Notes: generated by a model from the letters alone, not told the origin. A DNA stretch of 64,000 bases from Octopus vulgaris (GCA_951406725.2 OX597835.1:42222001-42286000); one strand, 5' to 3'. Shown: positions 13,753 to 26,580, counted from the stretch's first letter. A program made the numbers and translations.

Positions 13753-14480
13753 ATGGCTTTGACTTAAAAAGAATAACTTTGCCTTTCACCCTTCTGCAGG
13801 TCTATAAAATAAGGTATCACTCAAATACTGGTATGAACTCAATCACCGAACCCTCTTTCAATCATAGTTCCAACATTGTGCCATTTAGAGAAACAGTTGT
13901 ATGAAATTCTCTTTGGAATATCAGAATCTCAGTGGACATTTATTCTTGAAGACTCTGACACTTTCTCCTTTCTAGCACAAACAGGACACGCCTATAGAAT
14001 GGTTTAGTTGTTTTGTTTAACATAATATGGCAGAATATCTCTAACATATCGGGTTTAGTATTTCACAAAGACATTATTTAGGACTAAATATAGCATTGCC
14101 GTTGCTGGGTGTTGACAGGAAAACGAAAACTGTTATTTGCGAGTCGTGATGACTTTGTGGTAGATACCATGTTTTAGGTGTTTGTGGAGACATGAGCTGA
14201 CACAAGCATCCTCTTGCTCCTCCTACTCTTGATCTAGTGGAGCATCCAGAATGTGATGGATGGAGAAAATAAGGATTGGAGGCGGAGAAGACTGGATGAA
14301 ACGAGGGCTGGAGCAAGAGAGGGCTGCTCAAATACTTGGCCTTTACTCATTAATGATTGAGTGCCTTGCTCAAGGACATAAGTGTGCTGCCTGCTCCAGG
14401 ATATGAACCCATTACCTTATGATTATGAGCAGAACATTCTAACCACTTGGCCATTTGGTATCACGGGGCAAGTGTTGTGG

Positions 14481-14517
<37 letters not shown>

Positions 14518-16732
14518 TGTGTGTCTGTGTGTGTGTGTATGTATGTATGTATGTATGTATATATCAGGAGTGTGCGGTGATCTTTCCGACTGGGGAAGCA
14601 ATGACCCAAATTTTCTGTCGCATAGATATTTGAATCAAATTGACACGTTCATATTATAGAGCTATTTTTAAAATAGAAAAAAAAACCCACAATTAAAACT
14701 TCCACGCTTTATTTAAATGTTAATCCCGTCCTTCTCCCTTTCTTGTTGAAATTGTTAAGACATCATTGTAGAACATAGTGTTCTTAATACTTGTTAAAAT
14801 GGCTTTTTCTTCTATGCCAATCAGAGCTTTATTGTTCAACCCTTCTTGTCCCTGCGAATTTCTTGTATAATTATGAATTTTCCTCAGGTATGAAAAGGAG
14901 CGCTCCTCCATAGTGCTTGTTGCTGGTAGTGTTAATATTAATTAAAAAAGTTGTTTTTTTTAAAATTAATATTAATTCATGCGTATGATTTTTCTGTGAG
15001 TTTTAGTGGTTTGGTTAAACTGTTGATTCACACACTGAAGTGTGTGCATCTATTCGCATAAGAATCTCACCTGGAGAATTTCTGGATTGTCTTACAAACC
15101 TTCTTCACTGTGCCACTAATAGACTGGATTTGAAGAATCCTTATCAGTTTCTTTTGCTGTTTCTCTGTGAAGTATGTATGTATTCATGAATGACGGAAGG
15201 AAGGATTTTTCTGTGAGTTTTATTTAAGTTTTTCTTGAGAGGGTTCAAGCCGGTCGCTAACAAAGCAGCAAAACTTCTTGAGTTAAGAGAGACTCCGGTG
15301 TTTGTAAATATCTTGTTGAGTTGGTGTGTTGGTTGAACTGCCAATGCATACATCCAAGTGTTTGCTGCTATCCACCTAAAGAATTGCAGATGGAGAATTT
15401 TTTCAGTGTCTTACAGATCTTCATTGTGCCACTAATAGAATGAATTTGGAGAATCTGCATCAGTTCCTTTTGCTGTTTCTCCTTGAAGTATGTATGTATG
15501 CATGAATGAATGAATAATTTTTCTTTGAGTTTTATTTAAGTTCTTCTTGAGTCAGTCTTCTTCAAGCCACTCGCTAACAGAGCAACAGGAAGTATGTATG
15601 TACGTGTGTGTGTGTGCATATGTATGTATGCATGTGTATGACAGGCTTCCTTACATGTTTACCTTTTTCTGTATTCACTGACAAAACACTGGTCCGTTCT
15701 TGGTTCCTGGAGAAGGCACTAACCCAAGGTGCCATGCAGCGGGACCGAACACAAGATCGCATGGTAACTAAGCAAGCCCCGTACCCACTTAGCCACGAAT
15801 AGATACAGAAATAAAAGGCAGAAAAGTAAAGCAAAACTATGATGGCTGATGACATAAAAATGGTGATTTTTTGGGGTGAATAATTGAATGAAATGTTGGA
15901 TTGTTTTGAGGTAGAATTGAGAGATTATTTGCAGTAGTTGTTAGCTTGTGAGATGGCGTTTGTTGTGTTAGTCTGGTTGTCATCAAAATGAGATGTTCTG
16001 ATTAAGGGGATAAGAAAATAATGAGATGAAGAGGCCACATCATCAGTGATGGTGAATGGAGATAGTGCTCTTGTAAATAGGGTTGGAAGGGTGAAGATAT
16101 GATGGCGAGTATTAATAGTGAAGGTGGTGGTGGTGGCAGTTGTGGTGGTGGAGGTAGTGGCTGAATGTGGTTCTGAAGATCTAACAATGAGACCATAATT
16201 CTTTGTTAAATATAATGTACTTAAGAGATATGTTTTTTTAATTTTTAATTTTATTTTATTTTAGCGGAGAATATTAATAATGCTGGAATTTACTCTAACA
16301 AGGAATCAAAATTGTATTCATTTGAAAGAAATTTATCTGTGTGTATGTGGGAGAGAGAAGGAAAGAGTGTGTGTGTGTTTAGTCTTGAAATAAACTCGTT
16401 TTGTCTAATTCTGCCCCACTTCCTCTACTTTTTGGCTCTACACCCTAACCACTATGCCAAGTTCTTTCTCCACCATAACGTTGTCCCTCTGGAATTTTCA
16501 CCTTGCCAATCATATCTCCCCTGCAGATATTGACCTGCAAATGTTTGAACCGAACATAATTAGTACAAAGCTCACCTGTCTCAGAGAGTGGCCTGCAGAA
16601 ATCATAGGCACCAACTGTTCCTTCAGGTTCAGCAAGCATAAAATAAAAACAAAAAAGGGACTTAACCTTTTTATTTACCATATTTCTAATAAAATAAAGA
16701 ATTTATTAAAATAACTTTGCCATTATATTTAT

Positions 16733-17080
16733 GGGTGAAGGTACGTGGCTCAGTGGTTAGAGCACCGGGCTCACAATCATGAGGTAGTGAGTTTGATTCC
16801 CAGACCAGGTTGTGTGTTGTCTTCTTGAACAAGACACTTAATTTTCATGTTGCTTCAGTTCACTCAGCTGTAGAAATGAGTTGCGATGTCACCGGTGCTA
16901 AGCTGTATCAGCCTTTACCTTTCTCTTGGATAATATCTGTGGCATGGAGAGGGGAGGCTTGTACGCATGGGGGACCGCTGGTCTTCCATAAACAACCTTG
17001 CCCAGACTTCTGCCTCAGAGGGGAACCTTCTAGGTGCAATCCCATGGTCATTCATGACCGATGGGAGTCTTTACCCTTTA
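16733..17080 (+). mobile_element. SINE family D (tRNA-derived, CORE-like); representative copy
   Basis: TGGCTCAGTGGTTAGAGC A-box, GTTTGATTCC B-box, TTCTTGAACAAGACACTT CORE-like segment. Related copies at about 18160-18435+, 18686-18915+, 38535-38778-, 54418-54570+. Confidence 0.8.
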
Positions 17081-17087
17081 TATATAT

Positions 17088-17320
17088 ATCATCATCATCA
17101 TCATCATCATCGTTTAACGTCCGTTTTCCGCGCTAGCACGGGTTGGACGGTTTCGACCGGGGTCTGGGGAGCTAGGGACTGCCCCAGGCTCCAGTCTGGT
17201 CTGGCAGTGTTTCTACAGCTGGATGCCCTTCCTAACGCCAACCACTCCGCGAGTGTAGTGGGTGCTTTTTACGTGCCACCTGCACAGGTGCCAGAGGGGT
17301 CTGGCATCGGCCACGATCGG
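17088..17320 (-). mobile_element. SINE-like family C with a (GAT)n tail; representative copy
   Basis: Shared GGCGTTAGGAAGGGCATCCAGCTGTAGAAAC...GGACGTTAAACGATGATG block. Copies at about 8642-8895-, 11208-11400-, 11581-12310-, 13100-13455+, 20570-20720+, 51150-51360+, 58050-58230+, 63500-63700+. Confidence 0.75.
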
Positions 17321-19932
17321 GTATTGCCTTTTTTCGTTGCATTGCGGCAGGGGGAGGTTTCCGGCAGAGAGAAGAGAGGGAGAGAAAGTGGGGGGGGTGC
17401 ATGTAATATAGGGGAGCACCAGTGGGAAGGTTTGGGGTAAAGAGAAACGATGACAGGTAGGGTTGGTGGCAGGTTCTAGACAGAATGAAAAGTAGGAAGT
17501 AAAAACGTAGGATATCACGAGTGGGGGAGGGGGCTGGAAGGAGATAGCCGGTTGAGGCAGTGACACATTTCAAAACAGGAGGAACATAGGATAACAGGTT
17601 AAGTGAGACGTTTGATGAGCTGCGGCGCTAGCTGCTTCTGTCCAGGGGGAGAGAGGCAGGGGTAAATATACAGTGAGGAAGTATATTGAGGGGGAGGGGT
17701 AGGAGGAACAGACACACGTAGTGGTGACGGTGGTAGAGGGGATATCCGGTGAGGATGGTGTAAACAGAGTGTTCTCCGGTATGGGTGGTGGGGGTGGGTA
17801 GGGCGGGCGAACCGCGAATGGCGGGCGGCGAAGATTTTTGATTGGGGACAGTAGTGATAAAGACTTAAGTTGGTACCGAGGGGGTTAGACAAATTAAAGG
17901 GTTATATTTTAAGAACAAGCAGAATTAGTGAATAGATTCGAACATTTAAGGGTTAGCGGAAGAAATGAAATGAAATGAGAATTCTTAGCTTGCTTGCTGT
18001 GATCATTGCTGTGTGGTCAAGAAAGGGTGAATGAAAGAGAAGCAGGGAAGCACGAGGGGATAATTCACCGGGAGTGGGTTGGAAAGACGGAAGTTTTGAT
18101 TGAAGACAGGACAGTACGGTAATGGCGGAGGACGAACGAAATATCTATATATATATATATTTCTGGACCAGGTTGTGCGTTGTGTTCTTGAATAAGACAC
18201 TTTATTTTCATGTTGCTCCAGCTCACTCAGCTGTAGGAATGAGTTTCGATGTCACTGGCGCCAAGCCGTACCAGCCGTTGCCTTTCCCTTGGATAACATT
18301 GGTGGTGTGGAGAGGAGAGGGTGGTATGCATGGGCGACTGCTGGTCTTCATTGCTTGGACCTGTGCCTTGGAAGGGAACATTCTAGGTGCAATCCCATGG
18401 TCATTTATGACTGAAGGGGGTCTTTACCCTTTACTCTATATTTCTGGATATATTTGTGCTGGAAGCACAAGGTTCAGGTGGACTTACACTGAAGCAGGTC
18501 AACTTCAAGTATTTTGGTGCTGTTTTCAAGGCTGATGGAAAATAGGAAGTAGAATTAAGCGCAAGAATTGCAGGAGTTGGTGCATTACTGCACCAGCTTC
18601 AACATTTGGTCAACAGAAAGGGGGGGGGAGAAGTGAAAAGCCAACTCACTGTTTTCAGTTTGGGGTCTGTGCCTGCCCTTAATTGTGGAGGTGTGTAGCT
18701 TAGTGGTTAGGGTTTTGGAATCATGATTGTAAAATTGTGGTTTCAATTCCTAGACTGGGTGACACGTGTTGTTGAGCAAAACAGTTCATTTCACGTTGCT
18801 CCAGTTCACTCAGCTGGCAAAAAGAAGTAATCCTGCGGTGGACTGGCATCCCATCCTGGTGGGGATTATATATGCAATGAAACTGGTAATTAGGCCGTTT
18901 TGAGTTGGCATGACTTGAAAAGGTAATTTTACCGTTTCTTACTTTACTTACCTTAATTATGGCCTTGAATCTTGGGTAATGACTGAAAGAATATAATTGT
19001 GAAGACAAGTGGTCAAGATGGGATTCTTCTGATGGGTCTTTGGAATCAAGTTTCTTGATAGAGTGCTCCACTCAGAGATCAGAGAGGCACTTCAGGTAGA
19101 GCCACTACTTCTCCAAATTAAGCGATCTCAGCTCTGATACGATGGACATGTGCTAGGAATGTCCCAGAAAATATTGCTGAATAGGTTTTACAGGAAAAAC
19201 CAACTGGCAAGAGACTCAGGGGTAGACTGAAAGCAAGATGTTTGGGCAGCATCTGTAAGTCTGATTGGGCTTGCATGGTGATCCAGCCAGATCAACTGGA
19301 GACGAGTGCTTCTGGCAGGACCCAATGGAAGGTGCGTGCTTGAGGTTTCTGGCTCCCATGACCCTCCAAGGAATAAGTAGGCTAAGAAGGTGAGATGAGA
19401 TGACATGAACTTTGCCATTATTAACCTGGCAGAATTGTTAAGGCGGCGAGCTGGCAGAAATGTTAGCATGCCAGGCAAAATGCTTAGCGGTATTTCGTCT
19501 GCCGCTACGTTTTGAGTTCAAATTCTGCTGAGGTTGACTTTGCCTTTCATCCTTTCGGGGTTGATAAATTAAGTACCAGTTACGCACTGGGGTCGATATA
19601 ATCTACTTAATCCATTTGTCTGTCCTTGTTTGTCCCCTCTATATAAATATATATGTGTTTGTGTGTGTGAGTGTGTGTGTGTACATGTGCGCATGTGTTT
19701 GTCTCGCCCCCATCACTTGACAACTGATGTTGGTGTGTTTATGTCCCCATAACTTAGTGGTTTGGCTTACAGAGAATAAGTCCTGGGGTCAATTTCTTCA
19801 ACTGAAAAAAAAACCACCTTTTAGGCAGTGCTCCAGCATGGCCGCAGTCAGATGACTGAAACAAAAGTATAAAAGAATAAATTATATATGTATTTATTTT
19901 TATATTTTGTGTTTTCCTTTGTCTTTTGGCAG

Positions 19933-20054
19933 AACTTGAAGTTGTACAGTAGCAACTATGAAGAAACAGTCAAGTCCTCAACGGAACAGCAACAGGTCAT
20001 GCTACAGCTAACGAACCCTCCACTTACCTACACATCTAAAGCATATTTCGAGAA
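19933..20054 (+). CDS. MACF1: Coding exon B (phase 0 to 2): NLKLYSSNYEETVKSSTEQQQVMLQLTNPPLTYTSKAYFE(K)
   Basis: Acceptor ttttcctttgtcttttggcag, donor AA|gtaagt. Open frame; phase 2 matches exon C. Confidence 0.78.
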
Positions 20055-20822
20055 GTAAGTTTCTTGGTTTTTAAAAAAATCTTTTTTTGTTGTATTTCTG
20101 TCGGTTGCTCTTTACAAAAACAACAACAACAACAGCAGCAACAACAATAATAACTGCCATCACCTCCACAACCATTACCACAACTGCCACTACTACAACT
20201 TATACCACCACCACCGCCACTGCTGCCCACACTAGCATCACTGCCGTGGCCACCACCACCACCACCACCACCATTGCCATCACCATCAAAACCTCTGCCA
20301 CTAACACCAACATCATCATCACCACCACCACTACCACCACAGTCAACACCATCTCCATCACCACTACCACAATTAACATCTCCCACCACCACCACCACCA
20401 CCACCACAATCAGCACCGTCTCCACCACAACCACCACCACCACCACAACCACCACCACAATCAACACCATCTCTCACACCTACCCTACAATGTCTTTCTT
20501 TAAATGAATAATCACATCAGTATCATCTTGAAGCTTTGAGAGAATGCCTGATTCGCCATGCCCTTCCTAATGCGTTAGGAAGGGCATCCAGCTGCAGAGA
20601 CTCTGCCAGATCAGATTGGAGTCTGGTGCAGCCATCTGGTTTGCCAGACCTCAGTCAAAATCATCCAACCCATGCTAGCATGGAAAGCGGACGTTAAACG
20701 ATGATGATGATGATGATGATGATTGATTGATTGAAAATAATGTGAATAGGTAAGTATTGCCTTTGACAGAATAATCTGAATGCTAGAAGGTTAAATATTC
20801 TGATGACATTGTGTTTTTGCAG

Positions 20823-21307
20823 AGCAAAACCCATAGAAATCAACCAAGACACAAGTAAATCTTCAAATTTTACAGTAAAGGCTGAGATCTACATCTCAGA
20901 ACGCTTCTCCTCCAGCAAGCAGACGAATGACAGAATTGACAAGCTGAAATCAGGAAATGGGAGTTTGACGAAGGCATACGACGACGACGTCGATGGATGT
21001 CTGCTGGCAGCAACTAAGAACAAAGAAAACCACCAAATGAAACCTTTTGCCATCACTGGAGTCCTTGACCATCAGAATCGACCCATAAGTCTTCTTAAAG
21101 CTTTTACAGAAGGCATTTTGGATCAAGTCCGTGGTACGTACACCAACCCCAAAACGGGGGCAGTCATATCCATTCCTGAAGCAATAAGTCGAGGTCTTAT
21201 TGTTGTTAATTACAAAGACGAACTTGGTGACAATAAAGAGAAAGCTCAGTCAAATGGCATTGGTACACCTGCAAATCATATCGACAGCAGTTCAATCCTT
21301 GCATCAG
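20823..21307 (+). CDS. MACF1: Coding exon C (phase 2 to 1), contains the first plakin repeats
   Basis: Acceptor gtgtttttgcag, donor G|gtaaga. Encodes GVLDHQNRPISLLKAFTEGILDQVRGTYTNPKTGAVISIPEAISRGLI, a plectin-repeat pattern. Confidence 0.9.
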
Positions 21308-22296
21308 GTAAGATATTAGATTTCATATTGATAACTTTGTTTTTATTGAAATTTCATTGATTGATTGATTGATTGATTGCTGTTGGTCTTGAGGGGAAAT
21401 AGCAATTGAGAGTATTTTCAAAGATTGGACTTGCCCAACATAAAAAAAATACAGGACTGAGACAATGAGAAGTTCTGATATTTCAAGTTTATTGAACCTA
21501 TTCGTATGGAAAAATTGACATTAGATTATTTCTCTCCCTCTTTCTTCATGTACCATTTCTACAGGCACCGGCAATCATGGAACCTTCGTGCCAAAGTCTG
21601 AAGATTCATAATTTTTCATGGGAAAGATGCAACAGTAATTTCCCATCGCTTTCCGTCAATTTTTTAAAAGTTCATTCTGCTCATCTCCTATTCTTCCACA
21701 CTTTCTCTTGAGGTACAGGGTCCATTTAATTAACCCTTACGTAGGGGGAGGACGGGTGAGTCACATGATATCAACAACAACAAATAAAACAAATGTTAAT
21801 TCTTTTTGCTTTTACCATGGAGAATTTATTGGAATTAATGCTTAGCTAAAGTTTATTTAGCAGTACGCATGGCTGTGTGGTTAAGAAGTTTGCTTCCCAA
21901 CCACATGGTTCCGGGTTCAATCCATTGCATAGCAAGTTGTCTTCTGCTATAGCCTCGGGCCAATGAAAGTCTTGAGAGTGGATTTGGTGGATGGAAACTG
22001 AAAGAAGCTCATTGTATGTGTGTGTGTGTTTGTGTCTCCTTCTCTTGACATCAAGTGACAGCTGTAAACAAGTGTCATTGTCATGCAAGCAGTGTAATTT
22101 ATTTCCAATCTTCCATGAAAACATGTCCGGCCTCAGGGAAATATTGCTTTGCTTTGAAACAGGTGAGGGTTGATGACAGGAAGGGCATCTGTCATAAGGA
22201 ATCTGCCTTGATAAATTCTGTGCAACCCATGCAAACATGGAAAAGTGGATGTTAGAATGAAAAAAAATGATGATGAATAAATAGATGGAATAGCAA

Positions 22297-22688
22297 GGAG
22301 TGGCTGTGTGGTAAGTAGCTTGCTTACCAACCACATGGTTCCGGGTTCAGTCCCACTGCATGGCATCTTGGGCAAGTGTCTTCTACTATAGCCCCGGGCC
22401 GACCAAAGCCTTGTGAGTGGATTTGGTAGACGGAAACTGAAAGAAGCTCGTCGTATATATGTATATATATATGTATGTGTGTGTGTGTTTGTGTGTCTGT
22501 GTTTGTCCCCCCACCCCTGAACATCGCTTGACAACCGATGCTGGTGTGTTTACGTCCCCATAACTTAGCGGTTCGGCAAAAGAGACCGATAGAATAAGTA
22601 CTAGGCTTACAAAGAATAAGTCCTGGGGTCGATTTGCTCTAGCATGGTCTCAGTCAAATGACTGAAACAAGTAAAAGAGTAAAGAGTA
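22297..22688 (+). mobile_element. SINE family A (tRNA-derived head, CORE-like segment, internal (TA/TG)n); representative near full-length copy
   Basis: A/B-box-like TGGCTGTGTGGT and GGTTCAGTCCC. About 20 copies or fragments in the window, e.g. 1675-1962+, 2357-2703+, 4625-4788-, 25346-25672+, 25690-26025-, 28322-28670-, 40486-40780-, 41020-41400-, 49249-49675+, 51375-51695-, 62420-62748-, 62781-63153+ (ends approximate). Confidence 0.9.
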
Positions 22689-22771
22689 TTTGTCTGGATA
22701 AGATGTCAGGCTCCTTCCCTTCCTCTGTGTTGATGTTTCTAACGAAATCTATAATTTTAATCTTTTTTCAG

Positions 22772-24720
22772 GGATTGTCGATCCTCGAACTGGTGAAGTG
22801 ATGAGCATCAAGCAAGCAATTGCATCTGGCATTTTGAACATGACATCAGGTAAATACATAAATCCAATCACCAAGGAAGAAATGCCTCTTCTGGAAGCAG
22901 TTAAGACTGGATATGTCCAGATCAATCCGAGCGTTATCGAGGCTTTGTCAGAGCCAGGAGTTTACACCCAGTTTCAGCTTGGAGATGTCACGTATGTTGT
23001 GGACAACATCGTTGATCCTTCAACCAAGGCCAACATATCATTGAAGAGAGCCATCAGTGATAACATCATTGACTTGAACACAGGAACTTATCGTAACCCT
23101 GTGGATGGTGAAAGTATACCAGTGTCGGAAGCCGTTTCCAAAGGCTTAATTGCTATCCATCCATTGAACCCTAACATCGACAAAAACAACAACAACACAA
23201 TTTGTGTGAAAGAACTGCGAGTGAAACAAGAGCGATATATTGCAGCTCACACAGAGGCTGTGCTTTTAAATTGTGATAATGTAGATTCTTCACGTCCTGA
23301 TCCAAACGTTGCTATATATGAAAAACTCAGTAAAAAAGTTGATCTCAATTTGAAAGGAATCAAAGATCCAAACACATCAAAGTCTTTAACAATCGATGAA
23401 GCTTACCAAAAAGGCGTCTTGAACTTTGCAAAAATATCATATGATCAAATGGACGGAGAACTGATACCGTTGCCCGAGGCCACAGCCAAAGGCGTTGTAG
23501 AATCTAATGTTCTGAAAGAGATTCTCTCTGCGTATGAAGAATCCAGCGTTGGAGTGCTCATCGACAAAGGAGTATTTGATTCCGAAACAGGTTTGGTAAC
23601 TGATGTCAGTAATGGACAAACTGTATCCATTCATACTGCAGTTCAACAGGAAATTATTCATCCAGAAATGACGTATTTTTATGAAGTGCCTTCCAATCAG
23701 ATACTGAGTCTGTCAGGAGCGATCGAAAATGGCCGATATGATATAATCACAGGTAAATATGTGAAAGCCCACACGCACGAAGAAATGGATTTGAAGAAAG
23801 CCGCAGAGAAAGGGTTAATACGAACGCACATTGATCCCGAAGAAATTTCCAAAGTCTGTGAGTCGTTGAACCATCTTCGACATTACATGAACACCGATAT
23901 AAAGGGAGTGGTGATGCCAAACTCCAACGAAGTGGTCAGCATTGATGAGGCTGTCCGAGCTGGAGTTCTTGATTTGACGAAATGTCTTTATGTCAACGAG
24001 GCTCTTGGAGAGAAGATGCCATTAATCAAAGCTGTAAAATCAGAGAAAATCGAGGTGCCAGTAGCTCTTCAGTTGTTCAGTGCCTTAAATAAAATGTCTC
24101 TGTTCCAGCAGTTAATGGACAATAAAATCCACCCAGTCACCGGTTTGGTCAGTTTACCAAACTCTGCCACCACTCTAACGATCAAACAAGCTACAGAAGC
24201 CGGCTATCTTCAACCTGATCATCTATACTTTATTGATCAGACATCTGGTGAAATTGCTACGGTGGCATCGTACACAGATGAAGGAAAGTTCAATCCTGAG
24301 AATGGCACATTCTTGAACAACCAGACTGGCAAGTTTTGCACAATATCACAGGCTATTGAAGAAGGACTTATTGATGCTTCCGTCGCACCTGAAAAATACA
24401 TCGAAAATGCCCCGACGCTTCGAGAGTTGATTGACAAGCGTAAAATAAACCCAAGGAATTCCGTTTTCGTTGCACCGGAAGGTCAAGAAATCCCGTTGAG
24501 AAATGCGATGGCTGATGGCTTCCTCACGATGAATTCCAAAGTGAGGATAGATCAGAAAAATGGCTGTGTGACATTGGCATCAAACGAAGAGGTTGTGAAG
24601 GCATTGGTCCGCGTCAAAGAAAAGGCTGCATGGCTGTCGGAAGTGGAAAAATTGTTGGTTTCTCAAACAAAACCGAGCGAAAATCTGGAACATTTGAAGA
24701 AGCAACAAATTGAAACGAAG
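22772..24720 (+). CDS. MACF1: Large coding exon D (1949 nt, phase 1 to 0): plakin repeat domain and start of the spectrin rod
   Basis: Acceptor tcttttttcag, donor AAG|gtaaga. Many GIxDPxTG..(I/L)S(I/L)xxAIxxG repeats. Ends with the spectrin-like WLSEVEKLL...LEHLKKQQIETK. Confidence 0.95.
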
Positions 24721-24958
24721 GTAAGACTCGACAAAATAAAATTTTGGTTTTCTTTTCTATTTTACTTTTCGGAATTTATTGAGTTCAGAATTAATTTTTT
24801 CAAAAATATTTAAAATCACTTTTGAAGTTTTGTACATTTCATTCCATTGTGTCGTGTGTTCTGGGTCATGTGGTTGTTGTTTAGCCCTGGGTCAGCCCTG
24901 TTAAAGCAAACCTATGATCAAAGGCATTCCAGTTAGGGCTGCCCCGTCATTTCCTTCT

Positions 24959-25236
24959 GGGCATTCCTTCGGTATAACTCAACAAAATCAAAACATTTCA
25001 CTTGGGGTATTTCCGTGGGTTGTGGAGTATAGATTTAATGAAATTATGCCAGCAATGTCTCGTTTTAAACTTGAAGAAAAAAAAAAGCCTTGCATATTTG
25101 TTCTTACCTGTTTCAGGTGTGTATGTGAAATCCGTGAATTTCCAAGCAGAAAACAGAATCGGACTGTCGTTTGCTTCCACGGAAATACCCAAAGTGAAAT
25201 GTTTTGATTTTGTCGAGTTATATCGAAGGAATGCCC
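24959..25236. mobile_element. MITE with ~60-bp TIRs and a 6-bp TSD (CCTTCT)
   Basis: GGGCATTCCTTCGGTATAACTCAAC...GTATTTCCGTGG matches the reverse complement of 25177-25236. CCTTCT at 24953-58 and 25237-42. Confidence 0.8.
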
Positions 25237-26418
25237 CCTTCTGTACACGGAACACAGGAAAAAACATCCTAACATGTCCTTTCTTTTTTAAACCCCATGA
25301 TGTGCAAATACACACACATCTCTATTTTATATATTAGAAGATATAGGCCCAGGTGTGGCTGTGTGGTAAGAAGCTTGCTTCCCAACCACATGGTTCCGGG
25401 TTCAGTCCAATTACATGGCACTCTGGACAAGTGCCTTCTACTGTAGTCTCGGAAACTGAAAGAAGCCCGTCGCATATATATGTATTTGTCCCTCCACCAT
25501 CGCTTGACAACCGATGTTGGTGTGTTTACGTCACCGTAACTTAGCAGTTCGGCAAAAGAGACCGATAGAATAATCACCAGACTTACGAAGGATAAGTCCA
25601 GGGGTCGATTTCTTCGACTAAGATTTGGTGCTCCAGCATGGCTACAGTCAAATGACTGAAACAAGTAAAAGGATAAATATTATTCTTTTCTCATTTTGGT
25701 CATTACACTGCGGCCATGCTGGAGCATCACCTTGAAGGGTTTTAGTTAAATTCCCAGGAGTTATTTTTTAAAGCCTGGTACTTATTCTATCGATCCCTTT
25801 TTGTTGAACTGCTTAGTTGCAGTGACGCAAACATACTGGTTGTCAATCGATACTGCGAGACAAACACAAAGACACACACATGATGGGCTTCTTTCAGTTT
25901 CCGTCTACCAAATCCACTCACACGGCTTCGGTCGGCCCGAGGCTATAGTAGACGACACTTGCCCAAGGTGCCATGCAGTGGAACTGAACTCAGAACCATG
26001 TGGTTCAGAAGCAAGCTTCTTACCACGTGCACAAAATCTTATATGGACCCCTCCCCGCAAGGGCCACATGGACCCTGGTTGAGAGCCACTGCTCTACATG
26101 GTCATTTTACATGTTAGAAATAGCAGCCAAGTCTGCTTCCTCAGACCACACTACTTTCTTAAATAAAAGGCATGTTATATAAGATGGTCCCGGAAATACT
26201 CTGAAAACCCAGGGGTACCTCATGTTTACCCTGATATAATCTGGATTCAAATCCTGATTAGGACCACCTTGTATCAAACCAGATGAGCATTTTGATTGGG
26301 GTAGTGACAGGGGTAGTTACCCACATCAGAAAGGACAGTGGGAAATGTTTCCAAAGGTTCGAGTCTTCATGAAATAAATCTCCCATCATTTTTTTTCTCT
26401 TTATGGATAAACTATTTG

Positions 26419-26504
26419 TCATCATCACCACCACCATCATCATCATCATCATCTTCGTCATCACAACCACCACCACCATCATCATCATCTTCGTCATCAC
26501 AACC

Positions 26505-26537
<33 letters not shown>

Positions 26538-26549
26538 TTCGTCATCACC

Positions 26550-26580
<31 letters not shown>

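Noticed and set aside
16733-16810. tRNA gene
   Set aside because: The A/B boxes run directly into a CORE-like SINE body found in several copies, so this is a SINE head.
22133-22534. Recurring ORFs such as RRASFSFRLPNPLTRLWSARGYSRRHLPK that look like a gene family
   Set aside because: They are the antisense translation of SINE family A, and the copies carry frameshifts and stops.
24721-24813. Hydrophobic C-terminal extensions of exon ORFs (also after 21307, 35142 and 56430) as possible membrane anchors
   Set aside because: They are read-through into T-rich intron sequence past strong GT donors.
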